42,351 bases of DNA. Origin: a virus. The notes beneath the pieces were generated by a model. The model saw only the letters and a program-made list of their open reading frames with translations, searched no databases and had not been told where the DNA came from. This document shows positions 14,260-21,565 of the stretch, in pieces (positions within the stretch are counted from its first letter, which is position 1; every line of letters starts with the position of its first letter). The DNA is taken from positions 1 to 42,351 of IMG/VR virus record IMGVR_UViG_3300045988_041457. One strand, given 5' to 3'. The position numbers were made by a program, and so were the translations under genes.

Positions 14260-14436
14260 ATGAGAAAGATTGATTTTAAGGAGTATGATAGTTACACCTA
14301 CAAGGAAGCAGGGTTCTCGTACACAAGCACAAATTTCGATGAGGTTATGGGTTTGTTGAAAGAGCGAAAGAAAGGGGTTGTGTACGGCAACAAGCTAAAT
14401 GGAGATGTCAACATCTTGGATGGAATAATGGAATAA
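14260..14436 (+). CDS. Small hypothetical protein (58 aa)
   Basis: This ORF is below the track cutoff. ATG 14260 lies 2 nt after the previous stop. The ORF ends just before the regulatory motif at 14444. Sequence: MRKIDFKEYDSYTYKEAGFSYTSTNFDEVMGLLKERKKGVVYGNKLNGDVNILDGIME. Confidence 0.45.
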   Translation: MRKIDFKEYDSYTYKEAGFSYTSTNFDEVMGLLKERKKGVVYGNKLNGDVNILDGIME

Positions 14437-14443
14437 GCTAAAT

Positions 14444-14508
14444 TAGGCGATTTTAGCGACTTTCTTCAAAAAGATGATAAATTGTATTACTTCGCCGAGA
14501 AAGTCGCT
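14444..14508 (+). promoter_or_regulatory. Class-2 composite motif, copy C
   Basis: TAGGCGA at 14444-14450, TAGCGAC at 14454-14460 and core AAGATGATAAATTGTAT at 14471-14487. A 10-bp perfect inverted copy of box 2 (AGCGACTTTC at 14455-14464, GAAAGTCGCT at 14499-14508) brackets the core. TAAAACGCAAATT and AAAATAACATG follow. The ATG lies 91 nt after box 1. Confidence 0.6.
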
Positions 14509-14534
14509 TAAAACGCAAATTAAATAAAAATAAC

Positions 14535-14723
14535 ATGAAAACAATCGAATTGAATTATCCGCCGTCTGTTGCGGTTGAGTACGTTCGGAATTGGATTGCA
14601 GTTCTGGACAAGTTCAAGGACGCTACAATCGAACAAAAGGCAATTGTCGCAGATTTGTTGACGCTTGCAATGTTGGCCGAAAAGGCTTTGACACCGCAAG
14701 AGAAGAAAACTAATGAAAACTAA
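14535..14723 (+). CDS. Hypothetical protein (62 aa)
   Basis: Track ORF preceded by class-2 motif copy C and the conserved AAAATAACATG start context. Confidence 0.6.
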   Translation: MKTIELNYPPSVAVEYVRNWIAVLDKFKDATIEQKAIVADLLTLAMLAEKALTPQEKKTNEN

Positions 14724-14735
14724 AAAACAAGTATC

Positions 14736-15185
14736 ATGGAGAAGAAATTTGAACTTAAAAAGGTTGTGCGCAACCGCGTTGAAATTGATTGCAAGTACAT
14801 CATGACGGAGACAAACGATGATGGAATTAGGACAATCAAGGAAAATCATGTAAAGGATTCGAGGGCTATTCATGATGATTTGAAGGCTTTGTTTGACAAG
14901 TTGAAGCCGATAGTCGCAGGCATATTCCGGTGGGAATGTCTTGACGATGTTGAGGTAGCCGGATTCGCACTTGCCGGAAAGAATGATAATATCGGAGTGA
15001 CGATTCTTGGCCAGTACATGACGACGCATGGAGAGGCTAAATTCAAATCACCGCGAATCAAATACGCTGTCGGAGAAAGTCCGGAATGTGCTGATTTGAC
15101 AGTCATAATCAATGATTTCGTCCGTGAAATGGAATTGTATCTGTTTCATGACAAAACGGCCGAAATGGGCACATTTGGCGAGTAA
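14736..15185 (+). CDS. Hypothetical protein (149 aa)
   Basis: Track ORF. Confidence 0.65.
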   Translation: MEKKFELKKVVRNRVEIDCKYIMTETNDDGIRTIKENHVKDSRAIHDDLKALFDKLKPIVAGIFRWECLDDVEVAGFALAGKNDNIGVTILGQYMTTHGEAKFKSPRIKYAVGESPECADLTVIINDFVREMELYLFHDKTAEMGTFGE

Positions 15186-15617
15186 ATGAATACTTTTCTT
15201 ATAGATAGTCGAGTTTTGTATGATTATGCTCGTTCACGAGGCTATGAGCCTTTAATTGATACGCGGTTTTTCCGAATGGAAATAGGCTTGCGAAAAGAAT
15301 TGCAACGGGAAAGGTTCGGGAACGGGCATACGCCTAGCGAGAACGAGCGGTTCTATCGCTTCATGTGGGAGAATAAGCCTCACTATTGCGAGGAATGTAT
15401 GCGGCCTTTGTCCGAGTATTCGGCGGTCTATGTGTCTCACATATTGACCAGAGGGGCGAATCCGGACATGGCACACGATGCAAGAAACGTCAATATCTTG
15501 TGCTTCAGACATCATGCGGAATGGGAGAATGGAGAGAGAGAAAAGATGCGGATTTGGGCAAAGAATCAAGCGACTATTGAGGAATTGAAAAAGGATTACA
15601 AACAAACAAGCAAGTAA
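15186..15617 (+). CDS. HNH endonuclease
   Basis: CEEC ... VSHILTRGANPDMAHDARNVNILCFRHHAEWENG gives the His-Asn-His core with flanking Cys/His zinc ligands. Confidence 0.6.
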   Translation: MNTFLIDSRVLYDYARSRGYEPLIDTRFFRMEIGLRKELQRERFGNGHTPSENERFYRFMWENKPHYCEECMRPLSEYSAVYVSHILTRGANPDMAHDARNVNILCFRHHAEWENGEREKMRIWAKNQATIEELKKDYKQTSK

Positions 15618-15848
15618 ATGAAACCAATTGAATTTGACGGCGCAAATTGCGTTTATGGTAAAGAGCAACCCGAATATCAGCCATTACCTGCCAATAAAGG
15701 CAACGACGGTACGGTTGTTACCTGTTGGCAATTGGAACCGGGCGATTTGGAACGCATAAAGGAAACGGGGTGCGTTTGGTTGTCAGTTCTAACATTCAAT
15801 GAAGCATTGCAACCAGTTTTGTTGCTTACCGAAAATCCGAGTTTATGA
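15618..15848 (+). CDS. Hypothetical protein (76 aa)
   Basis: Track ORF starting directly after the HNH stop. Confidence 0.6.
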   Translation: MKPIEFDGANCVYGKEQPEYQPLPANKGNDGTVVTCWQLEPGDLERIKETGCVWLSVLTFNEALQPVLLLTENPSL

Positions 15849-15919
15849 GAACAACGGAATCGAAACAATATGAACCCGATAACACGGGAAAGAATGTCTA
15901 ATGTTAAAAGAAAAATAAA

Positions 15920-16330
15920 ATGAATCTTGTTTTACTAAAAGGAAGTGTCGGACATGACGCAAAGATTACTAACTTTGAGGGTGGCGGAAAGGTGGCTCAG
16001 TTCTCACTTGCCACGACTGAAAGAGGTTACACCAAAAAGGACGGAACAAAGGTTGAACCTACGACCGAATGGCACAATGTGGTAGTGCGAAATTCAGGTC
16101 TTGCCGGAGTATGCGAGCAGTACGTGAAGAAAGGAACTTCCTTGCTTGTGCAGGGCAAAATACAAACGAGAGAATGGACGGGCAACGATGGAGTGACAAA
16201 GAGAATAAACGAGATTATCGCCAGCAATTTGGAGTTGCTTCCTGGCGGCCAGAAACGCGAGAGTGCACCGGCGCCGATGCCGGATAGTATGCCACAGGGC
16301 GAAGTGAAAGATGATGATATGCCATTTTAA
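15920..16330 (+). CDS. ssb: Single-stranded DNA-binding protein
   Basis: The OB-fold SSB pattern is present (NLVLLKGSVGHDA...FSLATTE...TEWHNVVV...YVKKGTSLLVQGKIQTREW). There is a Gly/Pro-rich linker and the acidic tail DDDMPF. Confidence 0.92.
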   Translation: MNLVLLKGSVGHDAKITNFEGGGKVAQFSLATTERGYTKKDGTKVEPTTEWHNVVVRNSGLAGVCEQYVKKGTSLLVQGKIQTREWTGNDGVTKRINEIIASNLELLPGGQKRESAPAPMPDSMPQGEVKDDDMPF

Positions 16331-16338
16331 TTAACCGA

Positions 16339-16362
16339 TAGCACGGGCATTTGTCCGTGCTA
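16339..16362 (+). terminator. Hairpin / weak terminator after ssb
   Basis: TAGCACGG-gcatttgt-CCGTGCTA forms an 8-bp stem. Only a weak T tract (aaatttg) follows. Confidence 0.45.
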
Positions 16363-16375
16363 AATTTGATAAATT

Positions 16376-16888
16376 ATGCAGATTAACAATATCGAATATA
16401 ATGCAGAATTGCATGAACAGTACAAGTGTCTTTCGATACCTCAACCGATAGCGGATTGGATGACAAAATTAGAATACATGGACGAAAACGGAGAATTTCA
16501 CGCGCGTAAAGAGGTTGAAATCCGTTCTAGGAATGTCAAGCACAGGGGCGATGTATTGATTTGTTCATCTAAATTTCCGGAAGTGGCTGGATGTGATTGC
16601 GGTGTTACCTTGGGGCTAGTCGAATTATATGATGTCAAACGTGTAGCAGATTTCACAGATGAGGATTGGTCGAAAACGGCATTGCCGAAATCGGAATGGG
16701 TGCGAAAGACCGGATATGGTTATTTCTTCCGCAATCCGCGTCCGGTGGTGGAAATGCCGGTAAAGGGTATGCTAGGTTTCTATAAGATAACGTTACCGAA
16801 AGGCGATATAACCGAATATCCACGATATTTAGAGGTTGGAGAAAGAGAATGGAGAAAAATAAATCACAAATTTTTTCAAAAAAAATAA
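16376..16888 (+). CDS. ASCH (PUA-like) domain protein
   Basis: LSIPQPIADWM ... KEVEIRSRNVKHRGDVLICSSK ... LGLVELYDV matches the ASCH pattern (SIxQPWA ... E.R ... RG.llI.asK). Confidence 0.5.
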   Translation: MQINNIEYNAELHEQYKCLSIPQPIADWMTKLEYMDENGEFHARKEVEIRSRNVKHRGDVLICSSKFPEVAGCDCGVTLGLVELYDVKRVADFTDEDWSKTALPKSEWVRKTGYGYFFRNPRPVVEMPVKGMLGFYKITLPKGDITEYPRYLEVGEREWRKINHKFFQKK

Positions 16889-16896
16889 AGGAATTG

Positions 16897-16969
16897 TTTG
16901 TAAATTAAAAATAAATGATTACCTTTGTATCGGATTCAAGAACGAATCACTGACAAGGCAGTTTCCTTG
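16897..16969 (+). promoter_or_regulatory. Class-1 promoter plus twin-hairpin leader, copy 5
   Basis: TTTG at 16897-16900, a 19-nt spacer, and TACCTTTG at 16920-16927. The hairpins are GATTC-aagaac-GAATC (16933-16948) and CAAGG-cagttt-CCTTG (16954-16969). ATG at 16992. Confidence 0.75.
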
Positions 16970-16991
16970 AAACATTAAATTTTTAGAAATT

Positions 16992-17417
16992 ATGGAAAAG
17001 ATTTTTGACAAAAAGTATACATTCTCTTTTATAGCACCTAGCAATGTTATCGAGGAAATTAAGTCAGACATGAGATTTTCAACATTTGTTAAGGTAAGCG
17101 AGACCTCTAACATATTCAGGCCGAGCATCCAGATGCGCTTTTGGTGCGGTTCTGGGGAACATTGCAGTATGGATGTAATTGGCTATGACAAAAAGGCTAT
17201 GGAGGGCTTGCATGAGTTTATCAAGCGAAATGAGGCGGTTGTGGAAACCACCGACATTACGGCAACAGATGCTTCGGATATATTGGTAACATATATGAGC
17301 GAAGTTCGAAAAATTGAATGGAACAATTTAATTTGCAAACATACCTCAAGAATCCCAACAGGGGAATTGTCACGAGAGACGGAAGAAGTGCGAGGATTAT
17401 TTGTACACAGAGGTTAG
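16992..17417 (+). CDS. Hypothetical protein (141 aa)
   Basis: Track ORF preceded by promoter/leader copy 5. Its last 100 nt overlap the next ORF in another frame. Confidence 0.55.
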   Translation: MEKIFDKKYTFSFIAPSNVIEEIKSDMRFSTFVKVSETSNIFRPSIQMRFWCGSGEHCSMDVIGYDKKAMEGLHEFIKRNEAVVETTDITATDASDILVTYMSEVRKIEWNNLICKHTSRIPTGELSRETEEVRGLFVHRG

Positions 17418-17689
17418 ACGATAATTATCAAGTGCTTGCACTTGTAAACAATGAAGATTATGAAGCATGTTATAGTTATACGACATTTGGGAAGTTATCT
17501 ACAAATCAAAGTTTAAATTGTGAACTCGATTTATTCTTCGCGCCAGAAAAGAAGAGTGGTTGGATAAATATATACAAAGATGACGATATTGCCTATGCTT
17601 CTATGGACATATTTAAGACTAAGAAGAAGGCTGAATCTGCAAGTTGTAGTACTTGTATCGCAACAGTTAAAATCGAATGGGAGGAATAA
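17318..17689 (+). CDS. Hypothetical protein (123 aa)
   Basis: Track ORF. A TGA lies in its frame immediately upstream of ATG 17318, which fixes the start. Confidence 0.55.
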   Translation: MEQFNLQTYLKNPNRGIVTRDGRSARIICTQRLDDNYQVLALVNNEDYEACYSYTTFGKLSTNQSLNCELDLFFAPEKKSGWINIYKDDDIAYASMDIFKTKKKAESASCSTCIATVKIEWEE

Positions 17690-17691
17690 TT

Positions 17692-17925
17692 ATGACAATA
17701 GAAGAAAGGGCAGATGCTTATGTGGGGCATCCTGAAGAAATTGATGAATTTACATCAGCGACAATAAAAAGAGATGCATATATTCGTGGAGCAAAAGAGC
17801 AGAAAGCAATTGACATTGACAATGCTTGTAGCATCTTATGCCGTAATGTATGCCCATACAACTCTAACCAATGCAATGCCAAGTGCGAAACTTGGGAAAT
17901 GTTTAGAAGAATGATGGAGGAATGA
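17692..17925 (+). CDS. Hypothetical Cys-rich protein (77 aa)
   Basis: Track ORF 17677..17925. ATG 17692 lies 2 nt after the previous stop and 7 nt after GGAGG (17680-17684). Either start is possible. Confidence 0.55.
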   Translation: MTIEERADAYVGHPEEIDEFTSATIKRDAYIRGAKEQKAIDIDNACSILCRNVCPYNSNQCNAKCETWEMFRRMMEE

Positions 17926-18082
17926 TTATGTACGTAATTCTTGGGTTAATATATCTTGGAGTTGCAAAAATTATGTCAGATTCAGTGTAGATGGAATAGA
18001 GATTAATTATGTTCATGAATTCCAGCATTACTTGCGTCTGGTGAATTTGTCCGATTATGCAAACAGCTTAAAAATATAGAAT

Positions 18083-18613
18083 ATGGCAAAGATAATTTAT
18101 AAAGAGGGTTTCGAGGGGCAGAACCATTTGGAATGTATCGAGGGAATAGAGATAGGTCTTGAAAACGGAAGAAAGGCACTGATATTCCCTAAATACGCAT
18201 GGCGCAAGGTATTACGTAAGAATTTCGATTTGGAGGATTGGGATTCGGAAGAAATGACAATAAAGCAAGCGATGGCAAGTGACGGAGAGGCGGATAATGA
18301 GGAATTGTACCGGATAAGCAGTCCGGCAGAAATGTTCGTATGCGCGTTCATGACCGACAAATGGGGCTTGAGGGATTTGCCCGATTTGCGTCTGGCGGTA
18401 GAGATTCAGAAACAACGGATGGAGATAGACAAGCAGGCGGAGAAGATTGTAGGAGCGGACTTGTTGAGGGAATATCGTGGAGGTATCTGGTCTTGCGCTC
18501 GTGCATCTGGAGATAGTTGCTATATTGCACTATTTGACAAGACAATCTTTTCGGCTGATATTGTATGTAACGAACACATATGCGTGCCTTGTGTATTGAA
18601 TTATAACGATTGA
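18083..18613 (+). CDS. Hypothetical protein (176 aa)
   Basis: Track ORF. The C-terminal pattern GIWSCARASGDSCYIALFD...VPCVL is loosely DUF1566-like, which is weak evidence. Confidence 0.6.
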   Translation: MAKIIYKEGFEGQNHLECIEGIEIGLENGRKALIFPKYAWRKVLRKNFDLEDWDSEEMTIKQAMASDGEADNEELYRISSPAEMFVCAFMTDKWGLRDLPDLRLAVEIQKQRMEIDKQAEKIVGADLLREYRGGIWSCARASGDSCYIALFDKTIFSADIVCNEHICVPCVLNYND

Positions 18614-18616
18614 GTT

Positions 18617-19207
18617 ATGAAAAATTACATGAAAGACAAATACGACTTGCCGATTGAGATTGATTCGGTGCTTTGGGAAGTCGTAAGGATGTGCGAAAGC
18701 ACGACCGGAAAGGAAGTCATTTTGCGCAATTCCGCAGAGAAGAATAAGTGTCAATTGTTTTTTAAGTATGGAATAAAAGACTTATATACGCCCATTATTG
18801 ACGCGATAAAGGCACGTCTGGGCGATAGAATCATTGAAGCGTATGATTTTTCGTTTATGTGTGTCGGAATGGTTGAATTCAAGTTAGTAGATTGCGATTT
18901 TCCGCAAGAACTGGGAGACATAAACAAGAAGTGGAAAGATGATGAGGATGAGGGCAACACATACGCGCACAAATTACAAGAGGTGAAAGCGATTAAGGTA
19001 GAACGCTACAATGCCGAAAGATTGATTAACTTTGTAGGCGGCGGACAAATGACGATAACGAGGGCCGGAACGGCAGTATTCTCGTTCCTCAACAATGGAG
19101 TAGCCTATCTGGACGCGCCGGAGCATGATTACGTTGTACGTGTCGGAGAATCAAGATTCAAGGTTGTGCCGGAAAAGGATTTTGAAAAAGAATGGGAGTT
19201 GAAATGA
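18617..19207 (+). CDS. Hypothetical protein (196 aa)
   Basis: Track ORF starting 3 nt after the previous stop. Confidence 0.65.
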   Translation: MKNYMKDKYDLPIEIDSVLWEVVRMCESTTGKEVILRNSAEKNKCQLFFKYGIKDLYTPIIDAIKARLGDRIIEAYDFSFMCVGMVEFKLVDCDFPQELGDINKKWKDDEDEGNTYAHKLQEVKAIKVERYNAERLINFVGGGQMTITRAGTAVFSFLNNGVAYLDAPEHDYVVRVGESRFKVVPEKDFEKEWELK

Positions 19208-19455
19208 GTAATCAAGAGATAATCGAATGCTCGTATTTGAGTTTGGGAGAAATGCGATTCTTTGATGAATCAATGGATGCGGCAATAGTCGGATGTGCGG
19301 ATGGAAAGCCCGTCTATGACTTCGTGAAAATGGTCGAAATCCTACAAAATACGGGCATAGACAGAATGGATGCAGAGGATTTCATAAGCGACAATTATTA
19401 CGGCTTGTATGGCGCGGAAACGCCGATAATAATGCGTTCTATTAAGGATATGTAA
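19204..19455 (+). CDS. Hypothetical protein (83 aa)
   Basis: Track ORF 19192..19455. The in-frame ATG 19204 gives an ATGA overlap with the upstream stop. Confidence 0.55.
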   Translation: MSNQEIIECSYLSLGEMRFFDESMDAAIVGCADGKPVYDFVKMVEILQNTGIDRMDAEDFISDNYYGLYGAETPIIMRSIKDM

Positions 19456-19467
19456 AAACAAAAAAAT

Positions 19468-20127
19468 ATGGGAATGGTATATCGAAAGTTGGCGGATTTG
19501 GTGGAGAATCCAGATAATCCGCGAAAGTCCACGCCGGAGGGAATCATGGAATTAGCCAAAAGCATAGCGGACAATCCCGATTTCTTTGAAGCGCGTCCGA
19601 TTTTGTTGTCTGATAGGACGGGAGTTCTGATGATTATCGGCGGTGAACAAAGAAGCAAAGCGGCGCGAAGTCTGGGCATGGAGGAAGTTCCGACAATTTT
19701 GTTTTCCGGCATATCGGAGGAACGCGAGCGAGAAATCATGATTCTAGACAATACACACAGAGGTGAATGGGATTATGAGGCTCTGAATCATTCTTGGGAT
19801 AAGGATAAGTTGGAATCGTGGGGAGTTGACGGTTATTATCTGGGAGAGTTCGAAAAGAAAATGACCGATGAAGAATTTGAAAAAAAGTTCAATGCAATAA
19901 CCGATAAAGATGCTTTCTATCCAATAATTCCGCAATATGATGAAAAGCATGAAATCTTTATAATTGTTTCAGATTCGGAGCAACAAAGCAACCATTTGCG
20001 CGAATTGCTGAACATGCAGAAGATGAAGTCGTACAAATCAGATAAAGTCATTAAGTCAAACGTAATTTCAATAGATGATGCAATTAGAGCCATTAAAAAT
20101 TGTAATTCCGAGTTACAAGAGAGCTGA
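19468..20127 (+). CDS. ParB-like nuclease (ParB/Srx) domain protein
   Basis: The N-terminal sequence is NPDNPRKSTPEGIMELAKSIADNP...ARPILLSD...IIGGEQRSKAARSLGMEEVP. This matches the ParB N-terminal domain pattern, including the GGxxR box. Confidence 0.7.
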   Translation: MGMVYRKLADLVENPDNPRKSTPEGIMELAKSIADNPDFFEARPILLSDRTGVLMIIGGEQRSKAARSLGMEEVPTILFSGISEEREREIMILDNTHRGEWDYEALNHSWDKDKLESWGVDGYYLGEFEKKMTDEEFEKKFNAITDKDAFYPIIPQYDEKHEIFIIVSDSEQQSNHLRELLNMQKMKSYKSDKVIKSNVISIDDAIRAIKNCNSELQES

Positions 20128-20824
20128 CAGGATCCTGTCTAAAAGGCTGTTCGAACGGCCTATTATATGCGTTTGTGAGAGTGAAAGAGAGGAATATGAA
20201 AGGTGCAATCCAGAGTGCGATATTCTGACACATCCGGATTCGGTGCGAGGTCTTGTCGCTAAACGTAATTGGATAGCGGAGAATATCGGGGATTGCTTCA
20301 TGGTTGACGATGATGTGGTAAGTTGTCACAACATTTCCGTTCCTCCGAGTGAGAAAGCCTACAATTTGAGCAAGCAAGAAATTTATGATACGATTCAACG
20401 CTTATACAGGATGGCGATTTTATTGGATGTGCATTTGTTCGGATTCTCTACAAAAACACGTCCTTGCTTCTACAATGAGAAGTCGTGGTATGCATTAAAC
20501 ATACCGATTACAGGTTGTGCTTATGGTATAAGACAGTCAAAAAATATTCATTGGGATATGCGCTTTACGTTGAAAGAAGATTTTTTAATTTCTTCGACAA
20601 TCATGTTTCGAGAAAGAAAAATCCTTACTTGTCAAGCATTGTATTTCGTTCAGCGAGACACAGGAGTAAATGGTGGAGGGCTAAGTGAGTTCAGAAATAA
20701 AGAGGAAATAAAAAGAAACATTTTGTTGTTGCGAAAATTCTTCGGTGAAAGCATAAAAAAGAAGCCTCAACGATTCAAAAATGAAAAAGAAGCAATTAAT
20801 GTCATAATGAATTATAAAATATGA
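20075..20824 (+). CDS. GT-A fold (family-2-like) glycosyltransferase, acceptor unknown
   Basis: The N-terminal strand is LKIVIPSYKR. It is followed by RGLVAKRNWIAENIGDCFMVDDDVV, which fits the GT2 pattern G..a.aRN.gi...g....f.D.DD with a DxD at aa 78-80. The gene overlaps the ParB-like gene by 53 nt. Confidence 0.55.
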   Translation: MMQLEPLKIVIPSYKRADRILSKRLFERPIICVCESEREEYERCNPECDILTHPDSVRGLVAKRNWIAENIGDCFMVDDDVVSCHNISVPPSEKAYNLSKQEIYDTIQRLYRMAILLDVHLFGFSTKTRPCFYNEKSWYALNIPITGCAYGIRQSKNIHWDMRFTLKEDFLISSTIMFRERKILTCQALYFVQRDTGVNGGGLSEFRNKEEIKRNILLLRKFFGESIKKKPQRFKNEKEAINVIMNYKI

Positions 20825-20831
20825 ATTTTTC

Positions 20832-20894
20832 TTTGCATATTAAAATAAAATAGTTATCTTTGTAGAAATTAAAACGGGTGCAGACGATACTGCA
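20832..20894 (+). promoter_or_regulatory. Promoter plus single leader hairpin upstream of the MgsA_C-like gene
   Basis: TTTG at 20832-20835, a 19-nt spacer, and TATCTTTG at 20855-20862. The hairpin is TGCAG-acgata-CTGCA (20879-20894), again a 5-bp stem with a 6-nt loop. Confidence 0.6.
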
Positions 20895-20913
20895 TTATTA
20901 AAAAACTGAAAAA

Positions 20914-21447
20914 ATGTATATACCAAGAACATTGAACGGCTATGACTTTTTCGAATGTTCATCTGCAATGCAGAAAGCCGTAAGACGAGGAGACGCAAAG
21001 ACTGCCGGATATTTCGCTTTGGAATTATGGCACAGCGGTTACAGGGATTACGTCTGGAAACGATTGTTTACCATTTCCGCAGAAGATTGTTTTGGACTGA
21101 TTACCGGAGAGATTGAAAGCCTGTGGCAGGGGCATGAACTTGTGAACAAGACTGCAAAAGAGCCGAAAGGAAGAATCTTCGTAAGTAAGGCGATATTGTT
21201 GCTTTGCGCTTGCAGGAAGAACCGAGACGCGGATTACTTGCAAAATTTTGTCTATGACAGAAAGGATGTTGACGCGGAGAAATGGATTGAGGATGTAAGG
21301 AAAGAGCCTATCCCGATACCTGAATATACTTTCGATTGCCACACAAGGAAAGGAAAGATGAGAGGTAGGACAAAGGAAGAATTTTTCAAGGAAGAACACG
21401 AAGCATTACAGCCAAGAGAGCCGGGGTTGTTTGATAATCTCTTCTGA
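20914..21447 (+). CDS. Stand-alone MgsA/RarA C-terminal-domain-like protein (no AAA+ module)
   Basis: YDFFECSSAMQKAVRRGDAKTAGYFALELWHSGYRDYVWKRLFTISAEDCFGL resembles the MgsA_C consensus as I recall it (hYD.iSA..KS.RGSD.dAA.Yw.a....G.dp..i.RRl...AsEDiG). The gene has its own promoter (20832-20862). Confidence 0.5.
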   Translation: MYIPRTLNGYDFFECSSAMQKAVRRGDAKTAGYFALELWHSGYRDYVWKRLFTISAEDCFGLITGEIESLWQGHELVNKTAKEPKGRIFVSKAILLLCACRKNRDADYLQNFVYDRKDVDAEKWIEDVRKEPIPIPEYTFDCHTRKGKMRGRTKEEFFKEEHEALQPREPGLFDNLF

Positions 21448-21475
21448 TTGCATTGTTTGGTACCTAGAATAGAAT

Positions 21476-21515
21476 TTCTCCGTGAAGATGATATATTTAT
21501 TATCTTTGCGGAGAA
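21476..21515 (+). promoter_or_regulatory. Class-2 core-only copy F upstream of terS, bracketed by an inverted repeat
   Basis: Core AAGATGATATATTTATT at 21485-21501 overlaps TATCTTTG at 21501-21508. The flanking inverted repeat is TTCTCCG (21476-21482) and CGGAGAA (21509-21515). There are no upstream TAGNCGA boxes. Confidence 0.4.
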
Positions 21516-21565
21516 AATCGCTTTAAGGCGATATTTTGAATTTTTAATATCTAAAGAGTAAAGAT

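Noticed and set aside
17307-17417. A possible -1 frameshift between 16992..17417 and 17318..17689.
   Set aside because: The A-run at 17309-17313 lies upstream of an in-frame TGA (17315-17317) in the target frame. No canonical slippery site exists within the overlap itself.
10992-21447. A DNA hypermodification pathway (dUTPase, MTase, ParB-like and glycosyltransferase genes).
   Set aside because: I found no thymidylate-synthase-like hydroxymethylase, TET/JBP dioxygenase, 5-hmdU kinase, aminotransferase or deazaguanine synthesis genes. The genes are also dispersed. I keep this only as a low-confidence hypothesis for the ParB/GT pair.
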